Source: an uncultured Solirubrobacterales bacterium (GTDB lineage Bacteria; Actinomycetota; Thermoleophilia; Solirubrobacterales; Solirubrobacteraceae). Taken from it: 64,000 bases of DNA. The position numbers were made by a program, and so were the translations under genes. Below are positions 38,143 through 50,465 of this stretch, piece by piece. Numbering within the stretch: the first letter of the stretch is position 1; each line of letters starts with the position of its first letter. Where the stretch lies: contig CAVYWG010000014.1 in NCBI GenBank assembly GCA_963772075.1, positions 14,950 through 78,949 on the forward strand. The letters are read 5' to 3'. Under the pieces are notes generated by a model that saw only the letters and a program-made list of their open reading frames with translations, made no database searches and was not told the origin of the DNA.

Positions 38143-38888
38143 TGACTGCCGTTGCCCAAGACGGCGCTCGCACGATCGTGCAGGCCCGGGATCTGAGCCG
38201 TCGCTATGGCGAGGGCGAGGCGGCCGTCGACGCGCTGGCCGGGGTCACGGTGGACTTCCCCACGGGGCGCTTCGCGGCGATTATGGGACCCTCGGGGTCG
38301 GGCAAGTCGACGCTGATGCATCTGCTGGCCGGCCTCGATCGCCCGACCGCGGGCACGGTTAGCGTCGGCGGCGTGGAGCTGACCGAGCTGGACGACCGCG
38401 CGCTCACGCAGCTGCGCCGCGATCGCATCGGCTTCATCTTCCAGACGTTCAACCTGCTGCCGGTGCTGAGCGCGGAGGAGAACATTCTGCTGCCGCTGTC
38501 GATCGCCGGACGCGCGGTGGACCGCGAGTGGTTCGATCGGCTGGTGGACACCGTGGGCATCCGCGATCGGCTCACCCACCGCCCCGCGGAGCTCTCCGGC
38601 GGCCAGCAGCAGCGTGTGGCGGTGGCCCGCGCGCTGATCTCGCGCCCCGCGGTCGTGTTCGCCGACGAGCCCTCCGGCAACCTCGACTCCAAAGCCTCCG
38701 GCGATGTGCTGCGGCTGCTGCGCCACGCCGTCGACGACTTTGGCCAGACGGTCGTGATGGTCACCCACGACGCGCACGCGGCGTCGTTCGCCGACCGGCT
38801 GCTGGTGCTGGCCGACGGCAGGATTGTGCACGACGGGGAGGCGACGAGCGCCGAGCAGGCGCTGGATCTGATGAAGGCCGTGGGCTGA
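38142..38888 (+). CDS. ABC transporter ATP-binding protein
   Basis: GPSGSGKS, LSGGQQQRVAVARAL, ADEPSGNLD, VTHD. TGATG overlap with the upstream gene. Confidence 0.95.
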   Translation: MTAVAQDGARTIVQARDLSRRYGEGEAAVDALAGVTVDFPTGRFAAIMGPSGSGKSTLMHLLAGLDRPTAGTVSVGGVELTELDDRALTQLRRDRIGFIFQTFNLLPVLSAEENILLPLSIAGRAVDREWFDRLVDTVGIRDRLTHRPAELSGGQQQRVAVARALISRPAVVFADEPSGNLDSKASGDVLRLLRHAVDDFGQTVVMVTHDAHAASFADRLLVLADGRIVHDGEATSAEQALDLMKAVG

Positions 38889-38979
38889 TGGTCAGGTACG
38901 GTGCCGGGTCGATCCTCCGGGGCCACCGCGCGGGGATGACCCGGGGCCGCCACGGATTGGCACGCCGAGGTCGCGGCTG

Positions 38980-41574
38980 ATGCTCAAGCTGGTGCTGCGC
39001 GGCTTCGTGCAGCGCAAGCTGCGCGTGCTGTTGACGGCGATCGCGATCGCGCTCGGCGTGGCGCTGATGGCCGGCACTTACATCCTTACCGACACGATCA
39101 ACCGTGCCTTCGCGGAAGTGTTCTCCACCGCCTACGCCAACAAGGCGGTGGTCATCACCGAAAAGGAAACGCTCGGCGGCTCGGAAGTCTCCGTGCTCAA
39201 CCCGGCGACGCTCGCCCGTGTGCGCGCCGTGCCCGGCGTGGCGGCGGCCGCGGGCGCTATCTCAAGCCGTGCCGCGCTGCTCACAACAAGTGGCAAACGG
39301 CTCACCGGCGGCGGTGCGCCGTCGATCGTCGATGCCCTGCAGCCGCCGCGCTTCGAGGCCTTCACCGCGACGCAGGGCCATCTCCCGCGCGCTGCCGACG
39401 AGGTCGCGATCGACCAGGCGAGCGCCGCGCGCAACCATCTGCGGCTCGGCCAGCAGATCGTGATCGCGGGCCGCCTGCCCGCCCGGCGCTACACGGTCGC
39501 GGGCATCACGAAGTTCGCCGGCAGCGAATCGTTTGGTGGCACGACCGTCGCGCTCCTGATCCCTGGCCAGGCGCAGTACGTAGCGGGCGAACCGGGCGTC
39601 TACGACAGCATCAACGTTGCCGCCCGATCCGCCCTCGCGCCCACCGAACTGGCCGCCCGCATTCGCGCCGCCGTGCCGAGGACGCTGAAGGTGCGCACCG
39701 GCGCCGAAGAAGCGGCCAACCAAACCGCCAACCTCGAAGAAGAGCTTGGCTTCCTGCGCACCTTCCTGCTGATCTTCGCCTACGTCGCGTTGATCGTGGG
39801 GGCGTTCATCATCTTCAACACCATCTCGATCACCGTCGCCCAGCGCACCCGCGAGTTCGGTCTGCTGCGCACGCTCGGCGCTTCGCGCGGGCAGATCATG
39901 CGCGCGGTCGTCGAGGAAGGTCTGCTGCTCGGCGTGGTGGGGGCTGTGATCGGGCTGTGCGGCGGGATTGCCCTCGCTCCAGCGCTCGACGGGCTGTTCA
40001 AGGCGTTCGGCGCCGACCTGCCCGACAACGGCACCGTGCTGGAGGCGCGCACGGTGATCGTCTCACTCGGCGTGGGCATCGTCGTCACGGTGCTCGCGGG
40101 CTTCTTCCCGGCGCTGCGCGCCACGCGCGTGCCACCGATCGCGGCGATGCGCGAGGGGGTGCAGATCCCGCCCCGGCCGCTGCCTACCCGGCGAGCGCTG
40201 ATACTCCGCTTCGCGCTGTACCTCGTTGTCGTGGTGGCGTTGCGTATCGTCGTCGGCGGCGGCATCGCGCTGCTGGTCCTGGTGGTGCTCGCCGTGCGCG
40301 CCTGGCGTCTGTGGGCACGGCTGCGCCGGCCCGGCGAGCGCCCGACCCGCCACCACCGCGTCGTGCCCGCGCTCGCCGGCGCGATCGGCTGGCTGGTGAG
40401 CTGGCGCGGGATCACCGCCCGCCTCGCGCGCGAGAACTCGATCCGCCAGCCCGGGCGCACGCTCGTCACTGCGCTCGCGCTGACCGTCGGGCTGGGGCTG
40501 GTCGCCTTCATCTCGGTGCTCGCCGCGGGCACCAACGCTACGATCGACCGCGCCGTCAACCGCTCCTTCGCGGGCAACCTGATCGTGCAAAACACGCAAG
40601 GCCAGGGGGGCGTCCCAGCGGCGGTGGCACCGGCGCTCAGGGCCGTCCACGGCGTGGGTACGGTCACCGCAATCGCCTTCACGAAGGGCCGGGTGCGCGA
40701 CCTCTCCCAGCCGGGCGCGCCGGTGATCGACGAAGAAAGTCGCCTCACCGCGATCGAACCCGTATCGTTCGGGAGGATGTACAAGATTGAATGGGAACAC
40801 GGCTCGGCGGCGACACTCGCCGCACTCGGGCGGACGGGCACGATCGTCAGCGAGAAGTTCGCGAGCGCCCACCACCTGCGCGTGGGGCAGCGCCTGTCGG
40901 TGCTGACGCCCTCGCGGCACCGGGTGACGTTGACGATCGCGGGCGTGGTGAAAGAAGAAGTGATTGGCCTGCTCTCCAACCTCACGATCTCGCGTTCGCT
41001 GGCGCGCGCGGCGTTCGGGCAGCGCGAAGACGGGGTGAACTTCGTCGCCTACGCCCCCGGCGCGGACGGCGCCGCGGTGAACGGCGCGATCGACACGTTG
41101 CTGCGCCGCAGCTTCCCGCAGACCCACGCGCAGACCGCGGCGCAGTACACCAGTGAACAGAACAGCAAAGTCAACAAGTTCCTGCTGCTCGTCTACGTGC
41201 TGCTCGCGCTGTCGGTGGTCGTGTCACTGTTTGGCATCGTCAACACGCTCGTGCTCTCGATCTACGAGCGCACCCACGAGCTGGGGATGATGCGCGCAAT
41301 CGGCACCTCCCGTCGCCAGATCCGCCAGATGATTCGCTACGAGTCGCTGATCACCGCGATGATCGGCGGCGTCCTCGGGTTGGTGATCGGCGTGGTGGGG
41401 GCGATCCTCGTCACCACCTTCGTGCTGTCGGGCTCGGGCTACGTGCTCTCGATCCCGCTCGGCACGCTGATCCTGCTGCTGATCGCCGCCGCGCTCGCCG
41501 GCCTGCTCGCCGCCCAGGCTCCCGCGCGCCGCGCCGCGCGCCTGGACATCCTCGGTGCGTTGGCCAGCGAATGA
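38980..41574 (+). CDS. ABC transporter permease, double FtsX-like domain
   Basis: AIALGVALMAGTYILTDT, IFNTISITVAQRTREFGLLR.LGA, GIVNTLVLSIYERTHELGMMRAIG. Confidence 0.93.
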   Translation: MLKLVLRGFVQRKLRVLLTAIAIALGVALMAGTYILTDTINRAFAEVFSTAYANKAVVITEKETLGGSEVSVLNPATLARVRAVPGVAAAAGAISSRAALLTTSGKRLTGGGAPSIVDALQPPRFEAFTATQGHLPRAADEVAIDQASAARNHLRLGQQIVIAGRLPARRYTVAGITKFAGSESFGGTTVALLIPGQAQYVAGEPGVYDSINVAARSALAPTELAARIRAAVPRTLKVRTGAEEAANQTANLEEELGFLRTFLLIFAYVALIVGAFIIFNTISITVAQRTREFGLLRTLGASRGQIMRAVVEEGLLLGVVGAVIGLCGGIALAPALDGLFKAFGADLPDNGTVLEARTVIVSLGVGIVVTVLAGFFPALRATRVPPIAAMREGVQIPPRPLPTRRALILRFALYLVVVVALRIVVGGGIALLVLVVLAVRAWRLWARLRRPGERPTRHHRVVPALAGAIGWLVSWRGITARLARENSIRQPGRTLVTALALTVGLGLVAFISVLAAGTNATIDRAVNRSFAGNLIVQNTQGQGGVPAAVAPALRAVHGVGTVTAIAFTKGRVRDLSQPGAPVIDEESRLTAIEPVSFGRMYKIEWEHGSAATLAALGRTGTIVSEKFASAHHLRVGQRLSVLTPSRHRVTLTIAGVVKEEVIGLLSNLTISRSLARAAFGQREDGVNFVAYAPGADGAAVNGAIDTLLRRSFPQTHAQTAAQYTSEQNSKVNKFLLLVYVLLALSVVVSLFGIVNTLVLSIYERTHELGMMRAIGTSRRQIRQMIRYESLITAMIGGVLGLVIGVVGAILVTTFVLSGSGYVLSIPLGTLILLLIAAALAGLLAAQAPARRAARLDILGALASE

Positions 41575-41608
41575 GTCGCGCCACCAGCGTGGTGAGCCGG
41601 ACCATGCG

Positions 41609-44600
41609 TCAGGCGAATGCCGCCAGCGCCGCGGGCGCGACTACCGGAGTCAGTTCGGCGCAGTGCACCGTCACCAGCAGCGGACGCATGAAGTGCGCTC
41701 CTCCGCAAAGGTGGCGGATGTCAGCCGTGTCGCCGGTGAGGGCGATGGCCGAGGGCAGGGTGCGATCGACGACGTTGGCCTCGGTGGGGGCAGCCCAGTA
41801 AGCCGGAGCGAGGGCGCGGAGGTCGGTGCTGACGATCGCCGCGAGGAATTCAGAGGCCGTTTGAGTGGGGGTGTCGCCTCCAGGGCGATCGGCGACATGG
41901 GGGTCGCCCGCGGTCGAGGCGCCGAGCGGTGTATCGGTGTCGGTGGCCAGCCCGCGGAGGAGTGTCTCGAGGTCGGCGGCGGGGTGCGCCAGCCCCGCAA
42001 CATCGTGAATCGCGACAAGCCGGCCATCGAGATCGAACAGCGGTGCGCCGCGGGCGGGGTGGCCGCCGTCGCACACCACAGCGAACTGCCCTCCGGTGCG
42101 CATCATCACGCCCCAGTTGATCGCCGGGCTTCCCCTGCCAGTGCCGAGGGCGACGATCGCCATGCCGTGGTGGGGCTCAGCGACCGCGGGCGGCTCGATG
42201 TCGGCGAATGCCTCCTCGATGTCGGCGGCGAATTCCAACAGCGCCAGCCCGGTGCCAGCTGGCAGCTTGATCGTTGCGCCTTTTGCGGAGCGCCGGCCGC
42301 GTACGGCCGCCGCGCAGGTGAGCACGATCTGCGACGTCAGCACGACGCCCACCGCGCCGTCGGGCCCAACCGGCAGTACCCGGTGCGCGTACGCCGTCGC
42401 GACCGCGCCCACCTCGGGCGACGGGGCGATCCACGTCGTGGTCGGCTCCAGTGGTCGCAGCCGGCCGTCGGCGTCCACTACCGACGGGGCCAGCTCGTCC
42501 AGTCGGGCGTTGTCGATCGCCTCCAGGAGATCGCCGGCCACCGGGTTTTCATGCAGCCGACGGCCATCGCCGCGCGTGACCGTGTCCTGTAGTGCTCTGA
42601 TAAGCGAATCCAGGTCTCCGGACACCGCGGTGACTGGATCCGGCAGCAGCTCCGGCTTGCTGTCAATGGCCGCGGCATACTCGATCTTCGCCAGTTTCTC
42701 CACGACGTGTGTAGATGCTCCACAGCCACCCCGACCGGAACGCGTGTGCGCGCGCTCGGCCTCCGATCTGCTCAAGGACGCGGCGGTCGGGCTTCGCGAT
42801 CGCGACGGCGAACGCCGCCGGCAGCGTGTCGGTGTCGAGCGCCGGGCCGAGCTCGAGCCCGTCGAGCGGCTCGCCCACCCACGGTCGATGCACGAGCTCG
42901 GAAAGAATTGCGATCCACGTGTCGAGCTCCCCGAGGCGTCGCTGCAGGCGCACGAGGTCGCCCTGTGCCTGCGCCAGCCGCAGCGCGCGGTTGAGGTTGC
43001 GCAGTTCGCGCGCCGCGCGCCGATCGTCGGCGATTCGGGGACGCGCGAGCACACGGCGCGTAACACTCGCCGCGGTTGCCAGCCACAGCAGCGCGATCAG
43101 AGCGCAAGCCACCAGCGCGGCCGGCAGTGGGAGCAGCACACCTGCGGCGACGATTGCCGCAAACGCCGCCGCTGTGCCCAGCGCCACTCCTCGCAACAGC
43201 GTTGCGACAGGGCCACGAGCTCGGCGCCCGAGCAGGAGCAGCAGCCACCGCCGCTTGTGCGGTGCCGGCGCCGCGGGCGGATCGTCGATCGGCTCCGGCG
43301 CCACGTCCTGCAGCGTCTCCACCAGCGTTTGCATGTCCGTCACCGCGCCGGCCACACGCTCGCGAATCTGCTGGAGCAGGGGCATCTCGGTCTCCTCCAG
43401 CGTCGTGTCGGCTGCCCGGGGATCGCTTGCAACACGCGACGGATCGCAGTCACGTATCGGCGCCCCCCGTGTTTGAGCGCCGACCCGTCGAGATAGTCCG
43501 GCAGCCTGGAGCCGTCGACGATGCCCAGCGTGAGCAAGCGCAGATCTCTCCATGTGGCGCTCACGGCGCCATCCTCGATCGTGAGCGGTCCCGCTTTCTC
43601 CACTCGCGCTCGCAGCCGATCGAGCCCGCGCTCCTCCTCCGGCGCCTGGCCCCAATGCAGGATGTGGATGTTGCTGCTAGTGCCCGCCAGCCGCTGGATG
43701 TAATCGACCACCTGGTCATAGATGGCTGCCGTGGCTTCCTCCAACAGCTCTACTGGCTGCTGGGCGGCCCACGCGAGGAAGCGGTCGCGGAGCTCACGCA
43801 GCGCCTCCAGCAGGGTTAGCTGCCGTGGCGGGTCCTCGCGGACCGGCTCGAACGGTCGGCGGTGCAGCGTCGTGCTGTGGTGGTCCATGAACCCATCGGT
43901 GAGCCACGCGATCACCCGCTCGGGGTCCTCCGGTTGCTCGAATTGCTCGGGGTCCGGCTGCGGCCAGCCATCCCGTGCTGTGAACGCGGCCTCGGCCACA
44001 TGGTCGGCGATGTGGCCGAGCTCCACCACGCGCGAGAAGCAGCGCACCACCCGCACGCCGACCGCGAGCGTGCCGGTGCGCTCACCCTGCAGGTATGCGG
44101 TCGGGTCCGCGCGGTTGTCATCCCGCACGACCCACAGGGCCGCGATCGTCGCGGCGGCGTGGGCTGCGTGGCTCACGAAACGCTCCGCGTCGCCCTGCAG
44201 CCGATTGGGCAGGTCCGACCGCGCGCGGTCCTCCGGCGCGACCAGCAGCCCGCTCCATCTTGCCCGGAACATCCACGGCGGGATGGAGGTGGCCGCCGAA
44301 GCCGGTATCACCGCCATCGTGCACGTCAGCGGTGTGGCCTCATCGAAGGCGAGCACTCCCTCGTTGGCGCTCGCCAGAAACGCTGCCACCGCCTCCGGGA
44401 ACGCCTCGGTGACGCTCTCGCCGTCCGCCACCGGGCAGCAGGCGAGGAATCGCGTCGCGCTCCGTTCGACGTGCGCGATGGCAGCGTCGAGCGCGAGCTC
44501 ATCCACCGCGCCGCCGACGATCCGGCGCACCGTGTCGGTGGCCGGGTGGCTTGCCATCCACACGCAGCACGGCTCCAGCAGCCCCACCTCCGACCACTGC

Positions 44601-44659
44601 TGGAGCCTGCGCGCCATGCCCGCCGCCGGCTCGGTGTCGGGGAGCAGCAGGACGTTCAT
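41609..44659 (-). pseudogene. Large membrane-associated hypothetical protein of the tubulin-like operon (about 1000 aa; two frameshifts; degenerate trypsin-like domain)
   Basis: ATG 44659 overlaps the upstream stop (ATGA). High-GC3 reading continues across frame changes at ~43448 and ~42708. Two TMs at ~43050-43200. C-terminal region has VGVVLTSQIVLTCAAAV and GAPLFDLDGRLVAI. Confidence 0.7.
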
Positions 44660-47600
44660 TGCTGTCCGTTGCGGCTCGCGTCGTCCTTGGCGATTGTGGA
44701 TCGCAGACCGGCGATCGCTTCCAGCACCAGCTCGCCGATCTCCCACCACGACTGCGTCGTGAGCACGTTCTCGCGCGTCAGCGCGTGCCCCTCCAGGCGC
44801 GTCCGCCAGCGCTTCTCGATCGCCGACAGCTCTTTGAGCAGCTTTTCCTGGCGCTCCCCGGAGGTGCCCTCCGCGACTTGTGCCGGCTCGCCACCGGCAC
44901 CATTGGCCGAGCTCGGCGCCTGCCCGGATTCGATCCATGTGTCCAGCGTGGTCGCGTCTCCCAGGTCGAGGATCCGCATGTATGCGTCGAGCTCCTCCCA
45001 TTCTCGGCACGCGTAGCGCATCAGCGCGAGCGGCAGCGACTCCAGTACGGGCCCGAGCAGCTCTTCCATGTCCCTCGGCGTGTCCTCGCCGAGGAGGTAC
45101 TCGGGGAAGCAGCAGAGGCCTGCTTGGCGTCCGAACCGACAGCGCGCGGGTGCCGCCGACGGCGTCGGACAGGGTCAGCTGCCCGAGCAGCCGTGCGGCG
45201 AGCCAACCCTTCACGAAGCGCAACTGGCGCTCCGGCGAGAGCGGCACGAACTGCGGCAGCGGACAGGTGCGTCGGTAGGCCGAGAACCGGCCGCGCATCC
45301 CCTCGTCGATGCGCGCATCCCAATCGCGCTGGATTGGCACGAACAGGCCATCGAGCACCACGGGGTGCATCGGCTGGGCGGTGAAGCCGCTGACCTCGAT
45401 CGTGTGGGCGGCGGAGGTCGGGTCGAACAGCTCGGCGACGGCCCCATCCGGGATGCCGGCGGTAAGCAGCGACTGCTCCATGCGCCTGCGCACACGGTGG
45501 CCCTCGGGGATCGGAAGCGTGCTGACGAACAGCTTCGGCGGCTCGGGCGCGGTGCCGTACACACGCATGTGGACCGCCGGGTTGATCCTCGTCAACGGCT
45601 CGGCGCAGCGCAGCGCCCGGTCGAGCGCGTCCGCGAGCTGTTCGGGCCGGTCGGGTGCGCCGGTGATCCACTCGGCGATCGGAAGCCGCAGGCGATCGCT
45701 CAGCGCGCCGGGTCGCTGCTGCGTCCATTCCTGCGCCCGCGCGAGCAGCGTCTCCGCCTCGAGGACGGTGAATGCGAACGCGGCCGTGACGGTGATCCCC
45801 TGGCCGGCACGCCACTTCTGTGGACACGTGATCAGCGTCTGCGAGGCGCTCTCGCGCGAGCGCCATGTGCCGGTCAGGAGCTCTGCCACCGCGACGCTCA
45901 CCGCCTCCCCGACGCCATCTGCGCCGAGCGTCTGCTCGAGCAGTTCATCGACGAGGCCCGGAATCGTGTCGAGTGGCTCGAGCGGACGCTCATTGGGCGT
46001 CGGCAGCAGGCGCGGCGGCAGCGCGCCGGTCGACCAGCTCGCAACCAGCTCGCGGTGATATCTGAGCTCACTCGCGGCCAGCTCCTCCTTCGCCTTGCCG
46101 ACCGTGTGCAGCAGTGGCGTGAGCACCGCGCCGTCCACTTCCTGCAGTAGGTCCGCGGCGAGCTGGTGGTCCTCGGCGTCGAAGCGTAGGAACAGCGCCT
46201 GACAGCCGGCGTCGATCGTCACTTCGAGGACGTGATCGCGGTTGTGGATGAGCCTGTCCGTCGCTATCGAAGCGAGCTCTCGGTGCGCGCTTGCCTCGCG
46301 GTCGTCGGCCTTGGTCACGAGCTGCTCTGTGCGGATGCGACGCAGCTCGCCGGCACGCTCCTTCGCGTGCACGCGCGCGGCCTCGAGCAAGCCAACGGTC
46401 ACGGGGATCCCGTAGCGCGCGACGCTCTGCGCGGTGGCGTTGCGCAGCGTGCCCACGATCGCTTCGCTCCAATTCTGCGCCGCGTTGGCGCGCCCCGCGT
46501 CCTCGATCTGCCGTCGGACTTCGGAGATCTCTTGCTCGATCCTGACCAGCCAGTGGTCGGGGCGGTCCCGCCGGTCGCCTTGCCTGATCTCCCCCTGGAT
46601 CTTCCTGGCGTGCTCTTTGATCTCGCCGCGCAGAAGCTCGCGGTTGCGCAGGCTTCCCAACACTGCCTCATCGCTCAGCCCGGCGGCCTGGATGAACCAG
46701 TCGGTCCGCTCTTCGACGAGCCGGTCGATTGTGGTGTCCTCGCGCTCGCCGGCAACGGCGAGACGGGAGTGCCCGCGCTGCAGCGTCTTGAGCGCCTCCC
46801 GCGCGAGCCGCTCGGAGGCGTACTCCTCGATCACCGCCCCACCGAGGGAGATGTTTGCGTATCCGAGCGAGGAGGCCTGGCGGCTGGTGGCCGTGGGGTC
46901 GACGATGCGGAAGCCCGAGGTGACGGTCGCGCCGCTGCGATTGGTGTCCAGGTGCGCGCGCAGCCCGTTGGAGACCTGCTCGTCCAGCATCATCCGTGCG
47001 ATCGCCTTCGCGGTGGCCTTGATCGTCAGGTGCTGGTGCTCGAAGGCGATCTCGCCGTTGGCGCTGCCGACGAAGAAGTTCGTCGCCGCCGCACGGCGGT
47101 TGGCAATCAGCGTTGAGCCCCCCGTCCGCAGTAGGTCGGTGAGCGCAGTCGGCGCCGGTCCGGTGGCCTCATAGCCGCTCATCATCGTCGAGGTCGTGTA
47201 GAGGGCGTTCGCGCTCACGCCGTCGCGCTCCATCGGCGTGAGGTCGGCGAACACGTCTGGCGTGAAAAGGATCGTTACCAGCTCGTGACGCAGCCACTCG
47301 GATCCCGTCGTGGCCCTGCCGAGCAGCAGCTCGACGACCGGCTGAACGAGTCCGGCGCCGGAGCCGCCGCAGAGCGAGGAGATCACGAACACCCTCGCGC
47401 CCGGCCTGCCGGGAGGGATGACGTTGAGCCGGCGGGAGAGGGCAGTTAGCTGGTCGACTGCCTCCTGGCTTTGCAGCGCGGTGATCTCACGCTGGATCGC
47501 GTCGCCGATGTTCCCGAGCTCCGCGAGCCCGACGACATGGCCGACCTGGGGTCGCTGTCCCGCTCCCAGGAAGGGGGGTGGCAGCTCGACGTCGGGGTCG

Positions 47601-47905
47601 GGCAGGCAGCCGACGAGTCCCGGCAGCGCTTTCGTGTTTTCGGCGAGTTTTTCGAAATAGGTCGGGTATTCGTATGGGTTCCTCGCCAAGCCCACGCGCG
47701 TGCCGGTGTCGCCGAGGCTCCGCGGGACGTCGCCGGTCACGACGTCGGAGTCCTGGGCGATGTCCAGACAGAGCCAGCGCCACCCAGCCGGAATGCCGCT
47801 CGTCCAGCCAAGGCCGCGGAGGTCGCGCTCAAGATACAGGTTGAGATAGCGAACCAACGTCTCGGCGGAGCCGCCGAGGCCGATCACAAGGGTGCGGTTT
47901 AGCAC
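44656..47905 (-). pseudogene. Tubulin/FtsZ-like GTPase-domain protein (Tubulin_2-like), about 1080 aa, one frameshift
   Basis: N-terminal TLVIGLGGS, WLCLDI, GAGQRP.VG and ISSLCGGSGAG tubulin-like signature loop. A frame change at ~45108 leads to the natural C-terminus (FPEYLLGED..MEELLGPVLESLPLAL...GQQ*). Confidence 0.8.
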
Positions 47906-47930
47906 GGTCGTCCTCCGTCGTGGGTAGGGG

Positions 47931-50226
47931 TCAGAGGTCGTTCCAGTCGAGCGATTCGGGTTTGGGGGGCTGCTTGTCGCGGTCGGGGGCCCGGTCGTGG
48001 TTGTCTGCCCGCGCCGGGTGCTCGTCGCCGGGTTCGCCCTCGAAATCGCCCCACTCGCGGGAGCGCAGCGCGTCGCGGGCGGCCGCGAGCAGCCTGGCGC
48101 CGTGGTCGAGCTCCTCCCGCTCGTTGCTGATCAGCAACAACCGGCCGTGCACATCGCCGCTGTCGTCGATCTCGTGGACGGCGAGCAGCCATGTCCCGGA
48201 GAGCTCCAGCGGCACCTCGCAGATCCGGTGCGCGCCGCGGTGCGGCAGCTCCCCCTGGAGTCCGCCGCCGACGAGCTGTGCGAGGCCCGCGGTCGCCTCG
48301 CCATGTGGTGAAGTGAACAGGTGTGGCAGATCCGTGCGGGCACGCAGCGTGAAGCCCTCGTACTCGATCCGGCGGGTGCCCGTGTCGTTGCCGTTGCGGG
48401 TGAGCGGCTGGAAATCGCGGCGGTGCGGAGTGCCCGGATCGGGTGCCAGCGTGACCGTGGCCTGTGGCACGACACGGGCGTCGCATGCGAGTACGCGCAG
48501 CTGCTCGGGCGGGGGGAAGCGCGCACGCACGACTCGCCTCCTGTACTCGATCAAGCCCGCCAGCGCCGCGATCGTCACAAGTCCCCCGCCGATGCCGATG
48601 AGCCACCAGGCAGCCGGGGTTCCGAGCGCCACGGGCCCGCTCAGCGCCAGCACCGTGGACACGGGTTCGATTGGCGCGCCGTAGCCGGAGAAGCCAACTT
48701 CGAGCGCGAGGTCCAGGCGGCCCCCGGGGGCATCCCGTGTGACCGGAACGCTGACGATGAAGGTCCCGTCGCCCACCTCCCGAGCACCAACGGGGTGAGA
48801 CGCGCCCGCGGCACCCACAAGCCGTGCATGCAACCGGGCCGCGCGCGTCAAGCGGCTCGCCTTGACGACCGCGCCGGTGGGGTCGACGAGCTCGACCCCG
48901 ACCTGCGTAGTCGCGCCGCGCACGAGCACCGGCCGGCTGGTGAGGCGGGGGCTGAGGTCGGACTTCAGCAGCAGCGTATACGCCGGGGCCGGCTCGCTTT
49001 CGCCCGCGGGGCTGAAGAACGCAAAGCGCCATCGCCCGCTCCAGCGGTGGCTGGTGCGCTCGAAGTTCGCGTGCATCTCCAACGAGCGCTGCGCGATCCA
49101 GCGCTCGACGATCGCGGTGCCGGCCGTCGTGAGGCGCAGCGGACCGCTCGGCGTGATCGTCGTCGTGGCGCCGGTGGGGTCGGTCAACGCGAGCGCCAGG
49201 CCGGGCAGCGGCGCGCTTGCATCCAGCTCAAAGCCGCTCAGCCCGCGTTCGACGAGAAACGTGCGACTGTCCTCGACGCAGGGCGCGCCGGGGCAGACCG
49301 GCAGCCCGCGTTCCGGTTGTTGCCCGTCCAGCAGGTTGCTGAACACGAGGAACAGGTCGAGGCTGTTGCGCACTTCCACGAAATCGCCGGTGGCGGGCGA
49401 AAGTTGCGATCCGCATGTGCGACCGCCGGCCGCCCCCGTGGTGAGCGCGTGGAGGAAGACGCGATCGGATGCGGGAAACCCCGACGAGGACGACAGCGCG
49501 ACCGTGAACATCAGGATGCCGTCCCCGGCGATCTGGTCCATTAGCCCCCCGGGCTGGCAGAGTGCCTGGCGACCGAACGCTTCTGCGCGGGCGGCTCCGC
49601 CGGGAGCGTCCAGCCGCGCGCCCGGAGCGTAGGGCACGGTCGTGGGCAGCGAGGTCGGCGGCAGCCGCTCGGTGAGCTCATAGCGCCCGTCGGTGACGAA
49701 CAGCACTATCTTGCAGGGTGTCGGCAGGCCGGCCGCGACGATCGCGGCGCTGCGTGCGTTCGAGTGCGTCCTGTGCGGCGGTGAGCGCGAGCACGTAATC
49801 GGTGTCGCGGCCGTGATCGCGATGCGCATAGGCGGCGACGCTGCCCAGCAGCGCGTCCAGCGTGCCGCCGTCGAGCGCTTGCCACTGCGAGGCGGCGGCC
49901 GCCGCTGAGGGTTCGACCGTGCCGGCGAAGCTGCTGAGCAGCACTTCGATATGCGTCGGCCGCTCGGTTTCGCTGCTTTCGGTCAGCCGCTCGAGGCCGA
50001 TCAGCGCTGCGCTGATGCCGTCGACGCGGCGGCCTTCGGGGTCGGTGTAGGCGATGCTGCCCGAGCGGTCGATGTCCGCCACGACGAGCAGCTGGTCGGA
50101 GTGGCGCAGGCAGGCCGTGAGCGTGTGGGCGGCGCCGGGGGGCTCGCTGCCGCTGGCCGGCGCCGCAGTGGCCAGCGCCGCCAACAGGCCCACGATGGCC
50201 AGGGCGAAGCGCGTGCGGGCGCTCAC
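47931..50226 (-). pseudogene. Membrane-anchored secreted vWA-domain protein, one frameshift
   Basis: Signal peptide; MIDAS DIDRSGS...TDY...(frame change ~49760)...KIVLFVTDG; Cys-containing beta-rich ectodomain; TM PAAWWLIGIGGGLVTIAALAGLIEYRRR; cytoplasmic tail ending LDWNDL. Confidence 0.8.
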
Positions 50227-50465
50227 AGCGTGCTCCAGTCATCGAGGGCGATGTCGCGCTGCGCCGCCGCGGTCGCGGACTCCTCGGTGCGCAGCCACAC
50301 GAGCACCCACCCAACCGGTCCGAGCAGTATGCCCAGCGCCAGGCCGCTGATCGCCGAGTAGCCGCGCCTCTGCGAGAGCAACGCGCCGACGCCGCCGAAC
50401 ACGAGCGTCCACGGGATCACAAACAGCGCGCCGATGTCCAACGAGGCGTGCAGTGCGGTCGTCAT
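50223..50465 (-). CDS. Small two-TM membrane protein
   Basis: GGGAGG RBS, ATGA overlap with the upstream gene, GTGA-type overlap with the vWA gene; GYSAISGLALGILLGPVGWVLV. Confidence 0.7.
   Translation of the reverse strand: MTTALHASLDIGALFVIPWTLVFGGVGALLSQRRGYSAISGLALGILLGPVGWVLVWLRTEESATAAAQRDIALDDWSTL

Noticed and set aside
43340-47905. 1521-aa tubulin-like mega-ORF from the ORF track
   Set aside because: Produced by the ~45108 frameshift reading through an ATGA overlap. Natural ends are visible in alternate frames, and the linker has off-frame Arg/Ala-rich composition.
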